Part shown: positions 12,937-23,345 of the stretch, one piece after another
Numbering within the stretch: position 1 is the stretch's first letter
Layout: every line of letters begins with the position of its first letter
Source of the DNA: Penicillus capitatus
Lineage: Eukaryota; Plantae; Chlorophyta
Assembly: GCA_965649825.1 (NCBI GenBank)
Contig: OZ287707.1
Span: forward strand, 426,292-490,291
DNA: 64,000 nt
Direction: 5' to 3'
Position numbers and translations under genes: made by a program
The notes under the pieces: generated by a model
What the model was told of the DNA's origin: nothing
What the model saw: only the letters and a program-made list of their open reading frames with translations
The model's database searches: none

Positions 12937-15900
12937 ATGAAGCGTGCCATCCAAATGACGCCCAAAGGACGCCCAGAAACGCCGACAAGAGTGAGAACTG
13001 GAGATCGAAGCCTTCTCCTGAACGACGCCAGGACAGAAGACGCTCTGATAAGAGGTTGGAGCTAACTCATGTTCCGTGAAGGTGACGAGAAGTGTGATGT
13101 AGACGCCCGAGAATGGATCCGCCCCTCAAAGGAGCAGTGGTACATCCCTTACCATCGGGTCCCATCACCGTGTTGCACCGCCCAACGGGCGATCCGTGAC
13201 GAATCCGGCGTTCCGACAGACGGTGCAGAAATGGTGGGACGAGAAGAGGAAGTGGGCACGATCTCTTCCTTGATCGAATCCGGTCGACATGTTGTCATGA
13301 TCACCGGCCTTCCTGGTATTGGAAAGACAACGGTCGCCGCAACCGTCGCAGATGAGTTGCTCAGGAGCCAGATTCTGCAGAACATTCGCTATCTCAATCT
13401 CTCCAACGTGACCGAGCTCTCCGACGCTGTCTCCAGAATCGGAGCAGCTCTGAAGCATCCGATCTACCAGAGTGCCCTGAGCAGCGGTAAATCTGTCCTT
13501 CTCCGTCTCATCCCTTACTCATTTCTGCAGGCGGATGGCAGAGGATCGATTGAAAAAACTGGTTAAAACGACACGGAAATACCCGTGCGCCGACGGGTTG
13601 GGTTCTGGATGGACTGGATCATCTGTTCTTGGATTCCCATGAACGGCAGGGGCTGTTCGATATTCTGATGGAGATTTTGGAATTCTTTCCCCGGTTGCAC
13701 ATCATCATGGTCTGTTTGGAGGCTCCGAATCCTTCAGAAATGCCCTTCGTCGACGAAGTGATTCGGATCGGCCCTTTGCCGGAACAGGCTGCCTATCAAT
13801 TCGCAGAGAGCCTTCTGGGCGGCGCGCTTTCGAAAGGGGAAGCTCGCCACTTAGTATCAGCCACGGCAGGATTCCCACTCGGCATCAAGATCGGCGGAAG
13901 CAGTATCTTGGCCGGCGGCTGCTCCGCCTCTCACTTGGAACAGCGTCTGGATCAGGTGAGGGATGGGGATGGTGTCGAAATGCGAGCTCCTTGGAATCGA
14001 GCACGCGATATGATTCGAGAAGGCATCTCAGCTTTGTCGCCAGAAGATCGACGTGGACTCATTCTCCTCTGTCAATGTCCTGATGCCTTTACTGTGGAAC
14101 ATGCAGCAGCTGTACTGGGTCAGTTACGCAAACCGACACAGACCTGGTCATTGCTGAGACGGCTAATGATGAGAGGCTTCGTTCGATACATGCTCACCGA
14201 AGGCAACCGCCCTGCGTCCACTGCACTGTCTTCTGACGCGTGTCTTTCTCTGCAGGGACCTATCGGTTAGAGGAGGCCGTTCTGGATGTGCTGACACATT
14301 GCACGGCCATTCGAGATCGTGTCTCGAGGGAAGGCGAGTACGAGGCCGTGTCGCGAAATCTAGAGATCGATGAAGATCAGAGGGATGGAGCACGGGCGGG
14401 ATTGGTGGTCTACTATCTTCGATTGCTGGATCGAGCGCTGATGGTCTTCCGTTCGGGTTCCCGTCTCTCAACATACCGTCTGCTCGAACAGGAGCGCGAC
14501 GGTCTCGAACGGTTCGTTCGGTACATAACGGAACCATCTGTCCGGCGAAAACTGCTGTCGACGGGATCCAAAGGAAAACTGCTGAAGCTGCTCAAGATCC
14601 TGAGCGATTTCGTCGTGGATGTGGGAAAGCACTACTTCACCTGGAACCAGGTACGCAACATCTGTGCTTCCATCGGATGGCTGTGGGAAGAAGACATGAC
14701 GCCGATCTACGACGAAGTGTCCTACAAGGTCCGCTTGGCGCTGGCCAATGCCTTGGCCTGCATCGGAGAGCGACGAGACGCCGAGATCATTCTGACCCAA
14801 CTGGAGACGTACATCGACGGCCTGAACACGTGTACGGAGCGAGATCTCAAGGCGAAGGCGGATGTCCTGGTCCTCAGAGCCAAGATTCGGCATCTCGTCG
14901 GTCGCTACCCCGAAGCCGAGCGCTACTTTACTCAGGCACTGAATGCCCAGGAGAGTGCTTACGGGCGCGATCACTTCACCGCTAGTCGTACGTACTCACT
15001 TCTGGCCACGGTCCAGCAGGTAGGTGCTACTGTCTGGTGGTCGAGATCGATGCGTTGTGTTTGTCTGTGCAGATTCTGCAGAAATTCGGCGACGCAGAGC
15101 ATTCGTATGAATGCAGTTTGAAGATCAGAGTGTAACACATCGGCAAGAACGTCGTCGAAGCGCCGACGGTCATGCATAACTGGGCGTCGCTCAACCACAG
15201 ACTGGGAAACACGGCGAGGCAGGGGAGCTCTACACCAAGAGCCTCACTCTTCGGGAGAAATACCTGGGCCATCGCAACACCGAAGTCGCTTCCAGTCTGA
15301 TCAGTCTGCCGGCCGTCAAGGCCTGCTGAGTCACTATGAGTATGCGCGAGGCCTCTACAGTCGAGCCCTGGCGATGTTAAAAGACGCCATCGACGAAGAT
15401 CACCAGGCCGTGGCCTACGCATCGACAAGACTGGGGGTGTTGCTAGAGACGCAGAAATGCTATGACGAGGCGATCCAGCACTTTGCAGAGGCGCTGGTCA
15501 TCGACGATCGAGTGTACGGAGAGAGACACGAACAGGTTCAGGGATCCATCGGCAGAATTCAGAGGGCGGCGCTAAAGCACGCGCAGACACTGCACACGTC
15601 TAAGCAACTCGTTCGATGGAAGGCGTGCATCGAAGATCTTCTGAAGAAGTACCGTTTCAAGTGGCCGGAACGGACGGGTCCGGACAGCAGGACTGGATTT
15701 GCTGTCGACACGTCTGCAGATCTGTTGGCGACCCCGCAGTCCATCTCAGTGGCCATTGATCCGGAGGCTTCTGGTCCGTCTGATATCAAGACGGAGACAA
15801 CGACGTCTTTCCAGGAATTCGCACCGGCAGTCAAGGACCACACAGGTGTCGATTTGGATAGCACGCTCTATCTGAATAGCTCGGCCTTGCAACTGAATGT

Positions 15901-16300
15901 GGACTCGACTAGCAGAGGTCCGCCTCCGCCTGGATTGCCCAGAACGGCAGGTGCGTATTCTGCCGATCCTCCGTCCCAAGAAGCTTCGGGTATGAAGAGA
16001 TACTCGTCGACCGACATCCCCAAGGCGTCGTCTTCGATCATGGGATCATCTCAGAACAGCGAGCTGAATTTTGGTCAGTACTCGGGACAGCCGGAGGGAA
16101 ATCAGACCATCGCTCACGCCTATTCACTCGTGCACGATAATTCTCAGTTCGGCGTGGCCAACACCAGCTCTCTGGAGACGACCATCTCTCCCAGAACCAA
16201 TCAAGACATCGCCTATCCGATCCCTGCCTCGTACGGCATCCCACCCTGCGCCCTGTCAGACAGCTCGCTGTGTGATCTAGGTCCTACGTCACATATCACA
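12937..16300 (+). pseudogene. NB-ARC-like STAND NTPase with winged helix and TPR repeats (NLR-like), disrupted
   Basis: ATG 12937; intron 13055-13102; Walker A ITGLPGIGKTT; Walker B WVLDGLD; GC-AG intron 14203-14255; kinesin-light-chain-type TPRs (AERYFTQALNAQESAYGRDH, ELYTKSLTLREKYLGHRN, HFAEALVIDDRVYGERH). Lesions: stop or frameshift at 13551-13558, in-frame TAA 15133-15135, two frameshifts between ~15200 and 15335. Confidence 0.85.
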
Positions 16301-16339
16301 GTAAGGTTAGCTTTTATTATCTGTCATTACGAATTAAAA

Positions 16340-16372
16340 AACGGTTGTAATGTGTCACACATTACAACCGTT
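16340..16372. repeat. Perfect 33 bp palindrome
   Basis: aacggttgtaatgtgt-c-acacattacaaccgtt (16 bp arms, 1 nt centre). A related hairpin cggttgta-agatcg-tacaaccg lies at 16393-16414. Confidence 0.97.
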
Positions 16373-16447
16373 ATTTTAGTTTTGTACATCGACGGTTGTA
16401 AGATCGTACAACCGCAACATAAGGTACATCACGCGCTGTACATCGGC

Positions 16448-16685
16448 GCAATACAGTCGCGTCGGACGCGCCGCGGATCCGAAGCGGCAGTGCGACGGAT
16501 AAATGACGCGCCGCGTCCGACGCGACAGTATTGCGCAGATGTACGTGATGGCGCAATACTGTCGCGGCAGTGCGACGGATAACTGGCGCGTCCGATGCGA
16601 CAGTATTGCGCAGATGTACGTGATGGCGCAATACTGTCGCGGCAGTGCGACGGATAAGTGGCGCGTCCGATGCGACAGTATTGCG
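16448..16685. repeat. Tandem array of 75 bp hairpin units
   Basis: Units start at 16522, 16597 and 16672 (partial). Each is a 15 bp arm gcgacagtattgcgc, a 14 nt loop agatgtacgtgatg, a 15 bp arm gcgcaatactgtcgc and a 31 nt linker. An additional ~25 bp inverted arm at ~16448-16470 pairs with 16512-16536 (1 mismatch). Confidence 0.95.
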
Positions 16686-16852
16686 TCTACTCTATACGCA
16701 TCGACAGTAGTATTGGCGCGTTCTGCTGCGGTGGTATCGCCACTGCGGCAGCGTATCAGAACGCTCCGATACCATTATGGCTAGAATTTAGGGTTCTCTT
16801 TGAATTTTTTGTTGCAAAAAACAAACGTACAAAACCGTAACTACCAGCCATA

Positions 16853-17295
16853 ATGGAGCCAGTGACTTTTTCAGAAGCCGTGCAACAGCTGGCGCGAACA
16901 AGATTCGACTGGGATATGATCGAGCCGGTTATATCCGAGATGATGGAATACACGGGGAAGTTTGACACGTGGGATGCATTATTTTGTCCGCACTTTCCCC
17001 CGTTTCTGGGTAGGGATGAGTTGCGGGAGAACATGGGTCGCGCGGTTGGCGATTTCATGGAGATTGGCAATACGCCGCGGCAGTTTCGTGGAGAGTCGAC
17101 AAGGACCGTCTGAATGCTCGGATGATTCATTGGGAGGTTATCACACAAGACAATGCGGACCAAAGGGATTGACTTTTGTGGGCGTTTTACCTTTTGTATC
17201 AAACGTTGAAAAAGCGATCGGACGTTCGGGCCATTGGAAAGCAAATGGCAACGAACTTTGTGGATTTTCTGTACACACTGAACACACTAGATTAA
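16853..17295 (+). pseudogene. Disrupted paralog of the 148 aa orphan
   Basis: MEPVTFSEAVQQLARTRFDWDMIEPV...; 1 nt deletion near 17075; then AVSWRVDKDRLNARMIHWEVITQDNADQRD*LLWAFYLL...RAIGKQMATNFVDFLY, with in-frame TGA at 17170-17172 and terminal TAA at 17293-17295. Confidence 0.9.
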
Positions 17296-19503
17296 GGTCG
17301 CGGTTTGGTTGTTCAAGTTGCGAAAAACGCGCGCTATCGCGTCAACAAAAAAGGCCCACCGCGCCAACGCCGATCGCGCACAAACCGCTTCCACGGAGTT
17401 AAATGGCGTAACGCTTGGTGGGACGCACTGTCATAGAGAAAACTGTTCGCAGTTAGAAGCAGGTTTTCACGTGGACAAGACACACAAATGCTTTCGACTA
17501 GAATTTGCACGTCCAGCGCCATGATGTTGAACTAAATAATCCGCGTCCCGCATACCCACTTATCGAACAATCGGAGAAACGAGATGGGAAACCTGGTCAT
17601 AAATTCTTCTGCAAAGCTCACCAATCCATCCGGCAGAGTGACCTCTGTTGAATGTCCATGACGAATGGGAACTTCTTTCGGCCGTCCAACTTACAGAGTC
17701 CACCTGTCAGAGCCAGGATGATAAAACGGATGCAAATCTGAATATGGCGTACTTTCCTTATGAACGGGACAGGCGAAATGCAAGTTCACTCTTTCATCGA
17801 TTCATGGCAACCGTTGTTGTGATATTCTACATTTACAAAAGAACGCTTTAGATGACATTATTGTAACTATGGGTCCGAAGCTGTCGCCGTTCGATACGCG
17901 CTTAACGCGTCAGCGACGATGGCGTATCGCTTAACAAAGACTGTTCAGACGATAATGTTTCGAATTTATGCAATTCCGCGGACAGCTGCGCGAAGGTGGA
18001 CAACAAAATCATCCGATCGTTGGACACACGTTGAGAAAGAAGTTATGCGAAACATAGCAAATGCCATTACACGACATCCATTCGGTTCGATTTATAAGGA
18101 TCGAACACGTCTTGACAGAGAACAGGCCAGAGCAAAGAATCCGGAATCATGGATACAATGCGCACAAAAGCGCTTTCTTTGCTTGAATACCTTTGGATAC
18201 CTTTATCCGATGCATGCCCGTCGCGAACCCATGCAAGCATTCGACTCAAAAACCCAACGTCTTGCCGCCCCACAAACAAAACAATCGAAACCTTGTCTCG
18301 AATGGGCGCTTTTTAGTCTCATCGACATCCCAAAACAAACGAGACCAACAAGTCCCTCAGCGATCTAACCGTCCGACCACAGTACCGGTCCCGCGTCCCC
18401 TGGACCAACTCTCGACGCCTCAGCGCTCGACCTACCGTGGAGCGAAGTAACAAACCCGTCTGGTCTACCTCTCTCCAGAGTCTCCCCCTAGCCGACATAC
18501 GAAGCAATGCTTACACCGACGCAAAATGCCATGGACCACGGCTTGTTAGAAAAACCCCATGCAAAACACCCGAAAAATGTACTTGCGACGGTAAAGAAAA
18601 CAACAAAGACGTTCAGAAAGAAAAACGCATGTCGAGCCACGGCGAAGGCAGAACTCTGGATCAGCATGCCGCGGTCAAAAAAGGTACGTGGCCACCCACA
18701 GCGATACTCATTATCAAGCCATCGTCGCCCCACACTCTCCCCTCTTCGCACTCGTTGGTCGTCGTGCTTTGGCTTCACCACGTATTCGCCATCCATATTC
18801 GCCCCTTCATCACACTGTCGCCGAGCGATGTGACACTGCCTTGTTCTGTGAGGGTCAACCGTGCGAAGGGGTGCTGCCTGTCTTGTCAACTGCGTCTTGG
18901 GACGCCTTTCTCTGGCCCTGAACACGAGCTGACTCACCATTCTAGAAGGGTTACGTCAGCAGGCGACTATATAATGCACAATCTGAACCTTGTTTTACCT
19001 TCTCCGAACACTGTAACAAGTCTTCTGCTGTTATCTTCTGGCGCGGCGCTTCCGCGGTGACACACACCTCATTGAGTAACGCATTAGATCGCCAATTCCT
19101 TATCCTCTTGCGTTGCCCCCTGACATTGACTTCTCTCCTCACCCAGCGCCTCCGACGAAGCCTAAACCGCACGCCAGACCGCTTCAACGGTGTCGCGTAG
19201 GTTTTTAGATGGAGACAATTTGAACGGTGGGCGCATGTAAACCTTTGAAACGTAAAGTCTTACAAAACGAAAGACAAGATCTGTACGTCTACAACGCTTC
19301 TATAGAGTGCTATATTAAGTAACAAAAAAGAATAGTCTGCGAAGATACCGAAATCTACTCGGAATCTGTGACGTAGAGGCCGCGAGTCTATTTGTGGATA
19401 GGAAGGTATAGAGAACCTACGACCTGTTGCTTGGCGATCGACACAAGTGTAAGTAGATGAGCCCGTCGTTAAGGGCGTGTTGGCTTAACACAGCAACGGT
19501 CGC

Positions 19504-20181
19504 CTATCTTCTTGACCTCTTCCGAGAAATCTTAGATGAACTCCCCGCATTGCTGTCGACCTTCCGCTTCGCATCGTCTGCTTTTTTCAAACTTGCCATC
19601 CATTCTTCTCGAGCACGCGTGCTTCGAAGGCGGTATCGGCGCTTCACCTCTCGCACTCTTGTCAGTTCCTCTTCGTACGACAAGCTCCGCCTACGGCGTT
19701 TAGAACCGCTTCCCTCAGGCTTCGCCGTCGTTTCCACAACCACGTCCCCATGCGCGTCATCGACCGCCGCTTCGGCCATTTCTTCCGGCCTGGCCATATC
19801 GACTAGGACGAACTCGAGGAAGCGAATCTCCAGTGTGCGTCGTCGTCGACGGACCCCCGATATGGTGGCGCTGAGCTGGGACCTCATGTATTCTGCAAAC
19901 ATTACGATCTTGAAGAAAGCAACTTCGTCGGATGGGTCGATTAAGTTCCTCGCCGCCATAGCGCTACGCAAAGTGTTAACGAGGTCAGCACAGGTGCAAA
20001 CACGGGCACCGCTACGTGTAGTGCCGTCTGCTCCGCTAGCACCACAAGGAGGCCTACTTACACGTAAAGGAGAAACGACGGCAGGCAGCTTAAGCACCCT
20101 GTTCAGCCTAGCCAGCCAATCCAAACTTCGCAGCCTACACACCGCATGACACGTGCGGTCTTCTCCGAAGATGGCTCTCAT
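19504..20181 (-). CDS. Hypothetical protein with basic NLS-like and coiled-coil C-terminus
   Basis: 225-codon ORF from ATG 20181; SKRRRRS and charged helical tail. No family recognised, and an antisense ORF of similar length overlaps it. Confidence 0.3.
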   Translation of the reverse strand: MRAIFGEDRTCHAVCRLRSLDWLARLNRVLKLPAVVSPLRVSRPPCGASGADGTTRSGARVCTCADLVNTLRSAMAARNLIDPSDEVAFFKIVMFAEYMRSQLSATISGVRRRRRTLEIRFLEFVLVDMARPEEMAEAAVDDAHGDVVVETTAKPEGSGSKRRRRSLSYEEELTRVREVKRRYRLRSTRAREEWMASLKKADDAKRKVDSNAGSSSKISRKRSRR

Positions 20182-21365
20182 ATGCACAATACAAATCTAA
20201 TTTGCGATCGCGACTCGAAATCTCGCACTTCTCGGGATTAGTGGCATCGTATCGCAAACCGGATAAAGAATGTCGCGTCAAAGTATCGAAAATAAACAAA
20301 TCCATTACGGTTATCTCTCGCAAAATGCTGGAGTCGTGACGTGGGGAGAGTTTAGCGGCCGTTCTCGTGATCTGATAGTGGCGCGGATGCATACAACAAA
20401 AAGATGACGAAGAAACATGGGTGACGAGGCATTCGCAATAGGTATGGCAATTAATGGAGAAGCGATCTCCTACCGAAAGATGTCTCCCATCAACGCAGAG
20501 ACCGAAAAGGTTTCGGGCGAGAGGAGTAATGCACTAGAAGGATCTCGAGCACCTGATTGGAGTACTGTCGTACTTAAGGCGAATTATCATGGATCTCGTG
20601 AGGCTCGTTGTAAAGACCGCTCGGCAGCCCCTTCACTTTCCACTCCCTCCCAGTTGTCATCGGATCGTATCGTATCGGACATGAAACTCTTCCTGGTTTT
20701 CGTGTCGGGCGAGGACGCCGAGAAGGGGGAGCAGAAGGGATTTGGTCGTCTTCGGAACGACTCGTCTTGACACAGGCGCAGTGGAAATCTTGGTTAAGAT
20801 GATGACGGGTTAGCGAGGATGGCTAACACCAAACCGGGAGTTCGGCCAAGGTCGACTTGATACAGCAACGATAAATAGCAGATGACTTTGACAACAAATT
20901 GTATGATACAGCAAACACAAACTTATACACAGGATATAAGCCCAAAGCGAATATTTTGTGTCCGGCACTCGCTTTTATGCTTCTCCGGTGTTAGGGCCGA
21001 CAGGACAAGGTAGGAAATCCCAGGAGTATCAGGAGCGAGTTCCCAATAAGGTTCTAAAGCTCGTAAGAACTTCAACGTGAAATTCGAGACAAACTCACAA
21101 TCCTCGTTGTTGTGACTTCGTCGCAGAATCCAAGCGCCGCGATAGTTACGTCACGTACTCAAGGACGCAAAACAACAGATGACAAATTAACGTCCACTCA
21201 TTACCGTCGAGGTGCACTGCGCAAACACACGGATTACAGACGAGACAGAGTTGTTACAGAGGACGTCTTTAAGTATCCAGATGTTGATATTACCCGGAAG
21301 GGGACAGCTGTCCAAAGAGTACAACAGCGAAGCTAACAGCTGTCCCTTGACAATTACAACGTCCT

Positions 21366-22031
21366 ATCAGTAAATCGGTTAGAATAGCGCCGTATTTTCA
21401 CACTTACATGATGTTGTCTCTGGCCAAGACGAGATTGGACGGTCTAGCCGCCAGAAAGTTCGTGGAGAACATGTGCTGCAAGTGTGAGGTCTGCAGTATT
21501 GGAAAAGAAGACGTTGGAGAGGGCCTCAACTTCATTGAAGTCAACGAAACATCAGACGGCGAAGCGGTCGACATGTTTGGTTCACGATTACAACAAGCGA
21601 ATGCCCATTCGAAGTGTGTCAAAGTCGCCGTTGATTACTTCAGCAGATACGCAGAAACCGAAACAGTGCGTTCTCCGACATCAGTGGACATTGAGGAATT
21701 CATTGCAGACTGGATACGAAAGCATGGGAGAATCGGCATGCTCGTTGCAGGCTCTGACTCGCAGTTCACCTCGCCTGGTTTTGCCACATAGACCAAAAAC
21801 CGAAGAATACAACTCAGGCCCGGCGCAGCTTATCACGCTCCTCAAATGGACTGGTTAGGGAACGACACAAACGCTACTCGGTCACATCCAACGATTGAGG
21901 ACTGCATTCGGCCGTCCATGGAATCAATTTGTGTTAGACACTCAAGACGCAGTCAACTCGACTCTGAACATGGTGAGCAATGTCAGTGGACAGTTGTCCA
22001 CCTTCGTGCAGCTGTCCAAAGACCTGCATAA
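21366..22031 (+). pseudogene. Retroviral/Ty3-gypsy-type integrase remnant
   Basis: One frame: H2C2-like YFHTYMMLSLAKT...MCCKCEVC; rve core VAVDYFSRYAET...IADWIRKHGRIGMLVAGSDSQFTS; in-frame TAG 21789-21791; then RRIQLRPGAAYHAPQMDWLGNDTNAT, matching the 'YHPQ.NG..ER.N' region in degenerate form. Confidence 0.75.
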
Positions 22032-22344
22032 ATTCTTACAATTATTGTTCGAACAGTCTTTGTAATCCTGTCAGAATGACTAGAGCAGTCACATCGTGAC
22101 TGCCTAGATTTCCGAGGGTTCTGTCTCCGAGGGGGCACTTACTAAGGGTTTACGTCACCTCAGGATCCTTACAAATACGGGAACGTGGCCCTGTAGATAC
22201 TTTGCTCTGCAACACAGTGAAGATTTCCCCTAACAAATCCTTACGCCTTCGTCGTTAACCCGTTGTCCGTTGACAAACACGACACCGGATGAACCCAAGG
22301 CGCTCCGGTTGCGTCTGCGTGGTGGGCGTTTTTTGAAAACGTTG

Positions 22345-22890
22345 ATGTGATAGCGCGCGTTTTTTCGAAACTTAAATAACCAAACCGCAGTCTTAATGCA
22401 TATTGTTCAATGAATACAAAACATTCACAAAGTTTGTTGCCATTTCCTTCCCAAAGGATTGAACATCCCTTTTTCTTTTGAACCGTCGACACAAAAGAAA
22501 AAACGCCCAAATGAGTGCATTCCCTTGGTTTATATTGTCCTCTGTCATAACTTCCCGAAAAAACAACCTCTCTCGCACCCGTTGTCTGATGTCATCCCAT
22601 GCATCAAACCCGGCGTTACAGCCAATGATAAAAAGTCACGAACCGAATAATACACCTTCTCCCTCAAAGAATCCCTTCCCCAAACCGGCGGGATCTGCAG
22701 ACCATGCAAACGAACCGACACATTCACCGTCCCCGTGTAGTGCACCATCTCCTCCACCACCGGCTTCATCAACACCCAGTTAAACCCTGTCGTCTCAAGT
22801 TCTGTTTGCGCGTCTTTAAAGGAAACTGGCTGCGACAGTATTGCAACGCAGTACGTGACGGCGCAGTACTGTCGCGTCGGACGCGTTCAT
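22345..22890 (-). mobile_element. Hairpin-flanked orphan cassette, copy C2 (5'-deleted, frameshifted ORF 22832-22393)
   Basis: Hairpin 22832-22885 is fused directly to codon 2 (QPVSFKDAQTELETTGFNWVLMKPVVEEMVHYTG...). A frameshift leads into ERLFFREVMTEDNINQGNALIWAFFLL...FGKEMATNFVNVLY*. The 3' motif ggtttggttatttaagtttcg...tcaac follows. Confidence 0.8.
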
Positions 22891-23022
22891 CGCGGAAGTG
22901 TACAATTCGACAGCTTTGGGGGAGCGGATTCGTTCTTTTAACAAGAATGTGCGTTGACAATGGCTGTAGGTTACACAATAGGTCACGCAGTAATGTCATT
23001 TTTGAGAAGAGGATTTTGTATC

Positions 23023-23345
23023 ATGCACCGGCGCGATCGCCGAACCATGCCTGCGAACCTCCCCGTTAAACCACCCCATATGTTCCACCATCTTGTCCAC
23101 CACCGGCCCGATCAGCCCCCAGTCGAAGTTGGCCGCCCCCGGGTGTGCTCTTGCTTCTGTCATAGTGACAGATACCATTCGTGGCAGTGTATAAGAGATC
23201 TTTTTTGGTTGTTTTCTTTTTGACAAAGAAAACAAAAAAGAGTATCTTTTATACACTGCCACGAATGGTATCTGCGCGTTCTGCCGCGCTGTTGCGGTGG
23301 TACTGTCACCGCGGCGAATCACGACTCGCCAATACCACTTTAGTT
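23023..23345 (-). mobile_element. Hairpin-flanked orphan cassette, copy C1 (3'-truncated)
   Basis: ATG 23178, MVSVTMTEARAHPGAANFDWGLIGPVVDKMVEHMG..SAIAPV, closely similar to copy A at DNA level until ~23023. Upstream palindrome 23169-23274 has 26 bp perfect arms. Confidence 0.85.

Larger units (their letters stand above)
16340..17350 (+). mobile_element. Hairpin-flanked orphan cassette, copy B
   Basis: Same order of parts as copy A: hairpins, shared 21 and 23 bp blocks, AT-rich palindromic centre (ttttttgttgcaaaaaa), ORF, 3' motif at ~17302-17347. Confidence 0.7.

Noticed and set aside
16522-16685. CRISPR-like array
   Set aside because: The sequences between palindromes are near-identical rather than unique spacers; no cas genes; eukaryotic context.
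16787-16793. Telomeric TTTAGGG
   Set aside because: Single isolated copy, expected by chance.
17919-19060. ORFs of 108-207 aa, one with a Myb-like RWT.VEK start
   Set aside because: No further motif support; overlapping ORFs on both strands; no splice or codon evidence I can defend.
13551-21791. Non-standard genetic code (TAA/TAG read as Gln, as in some ulvophytes) explaining the in-frame stops in island genes
   Set aside because: PEX19 ends in a CaaX-type CFQQ followed by TAA, SABRE and Egt1 end on TAA, and long exons contain no TAA/TAG. The stops co-occur with frameshifts and TGA, so they are lesions.
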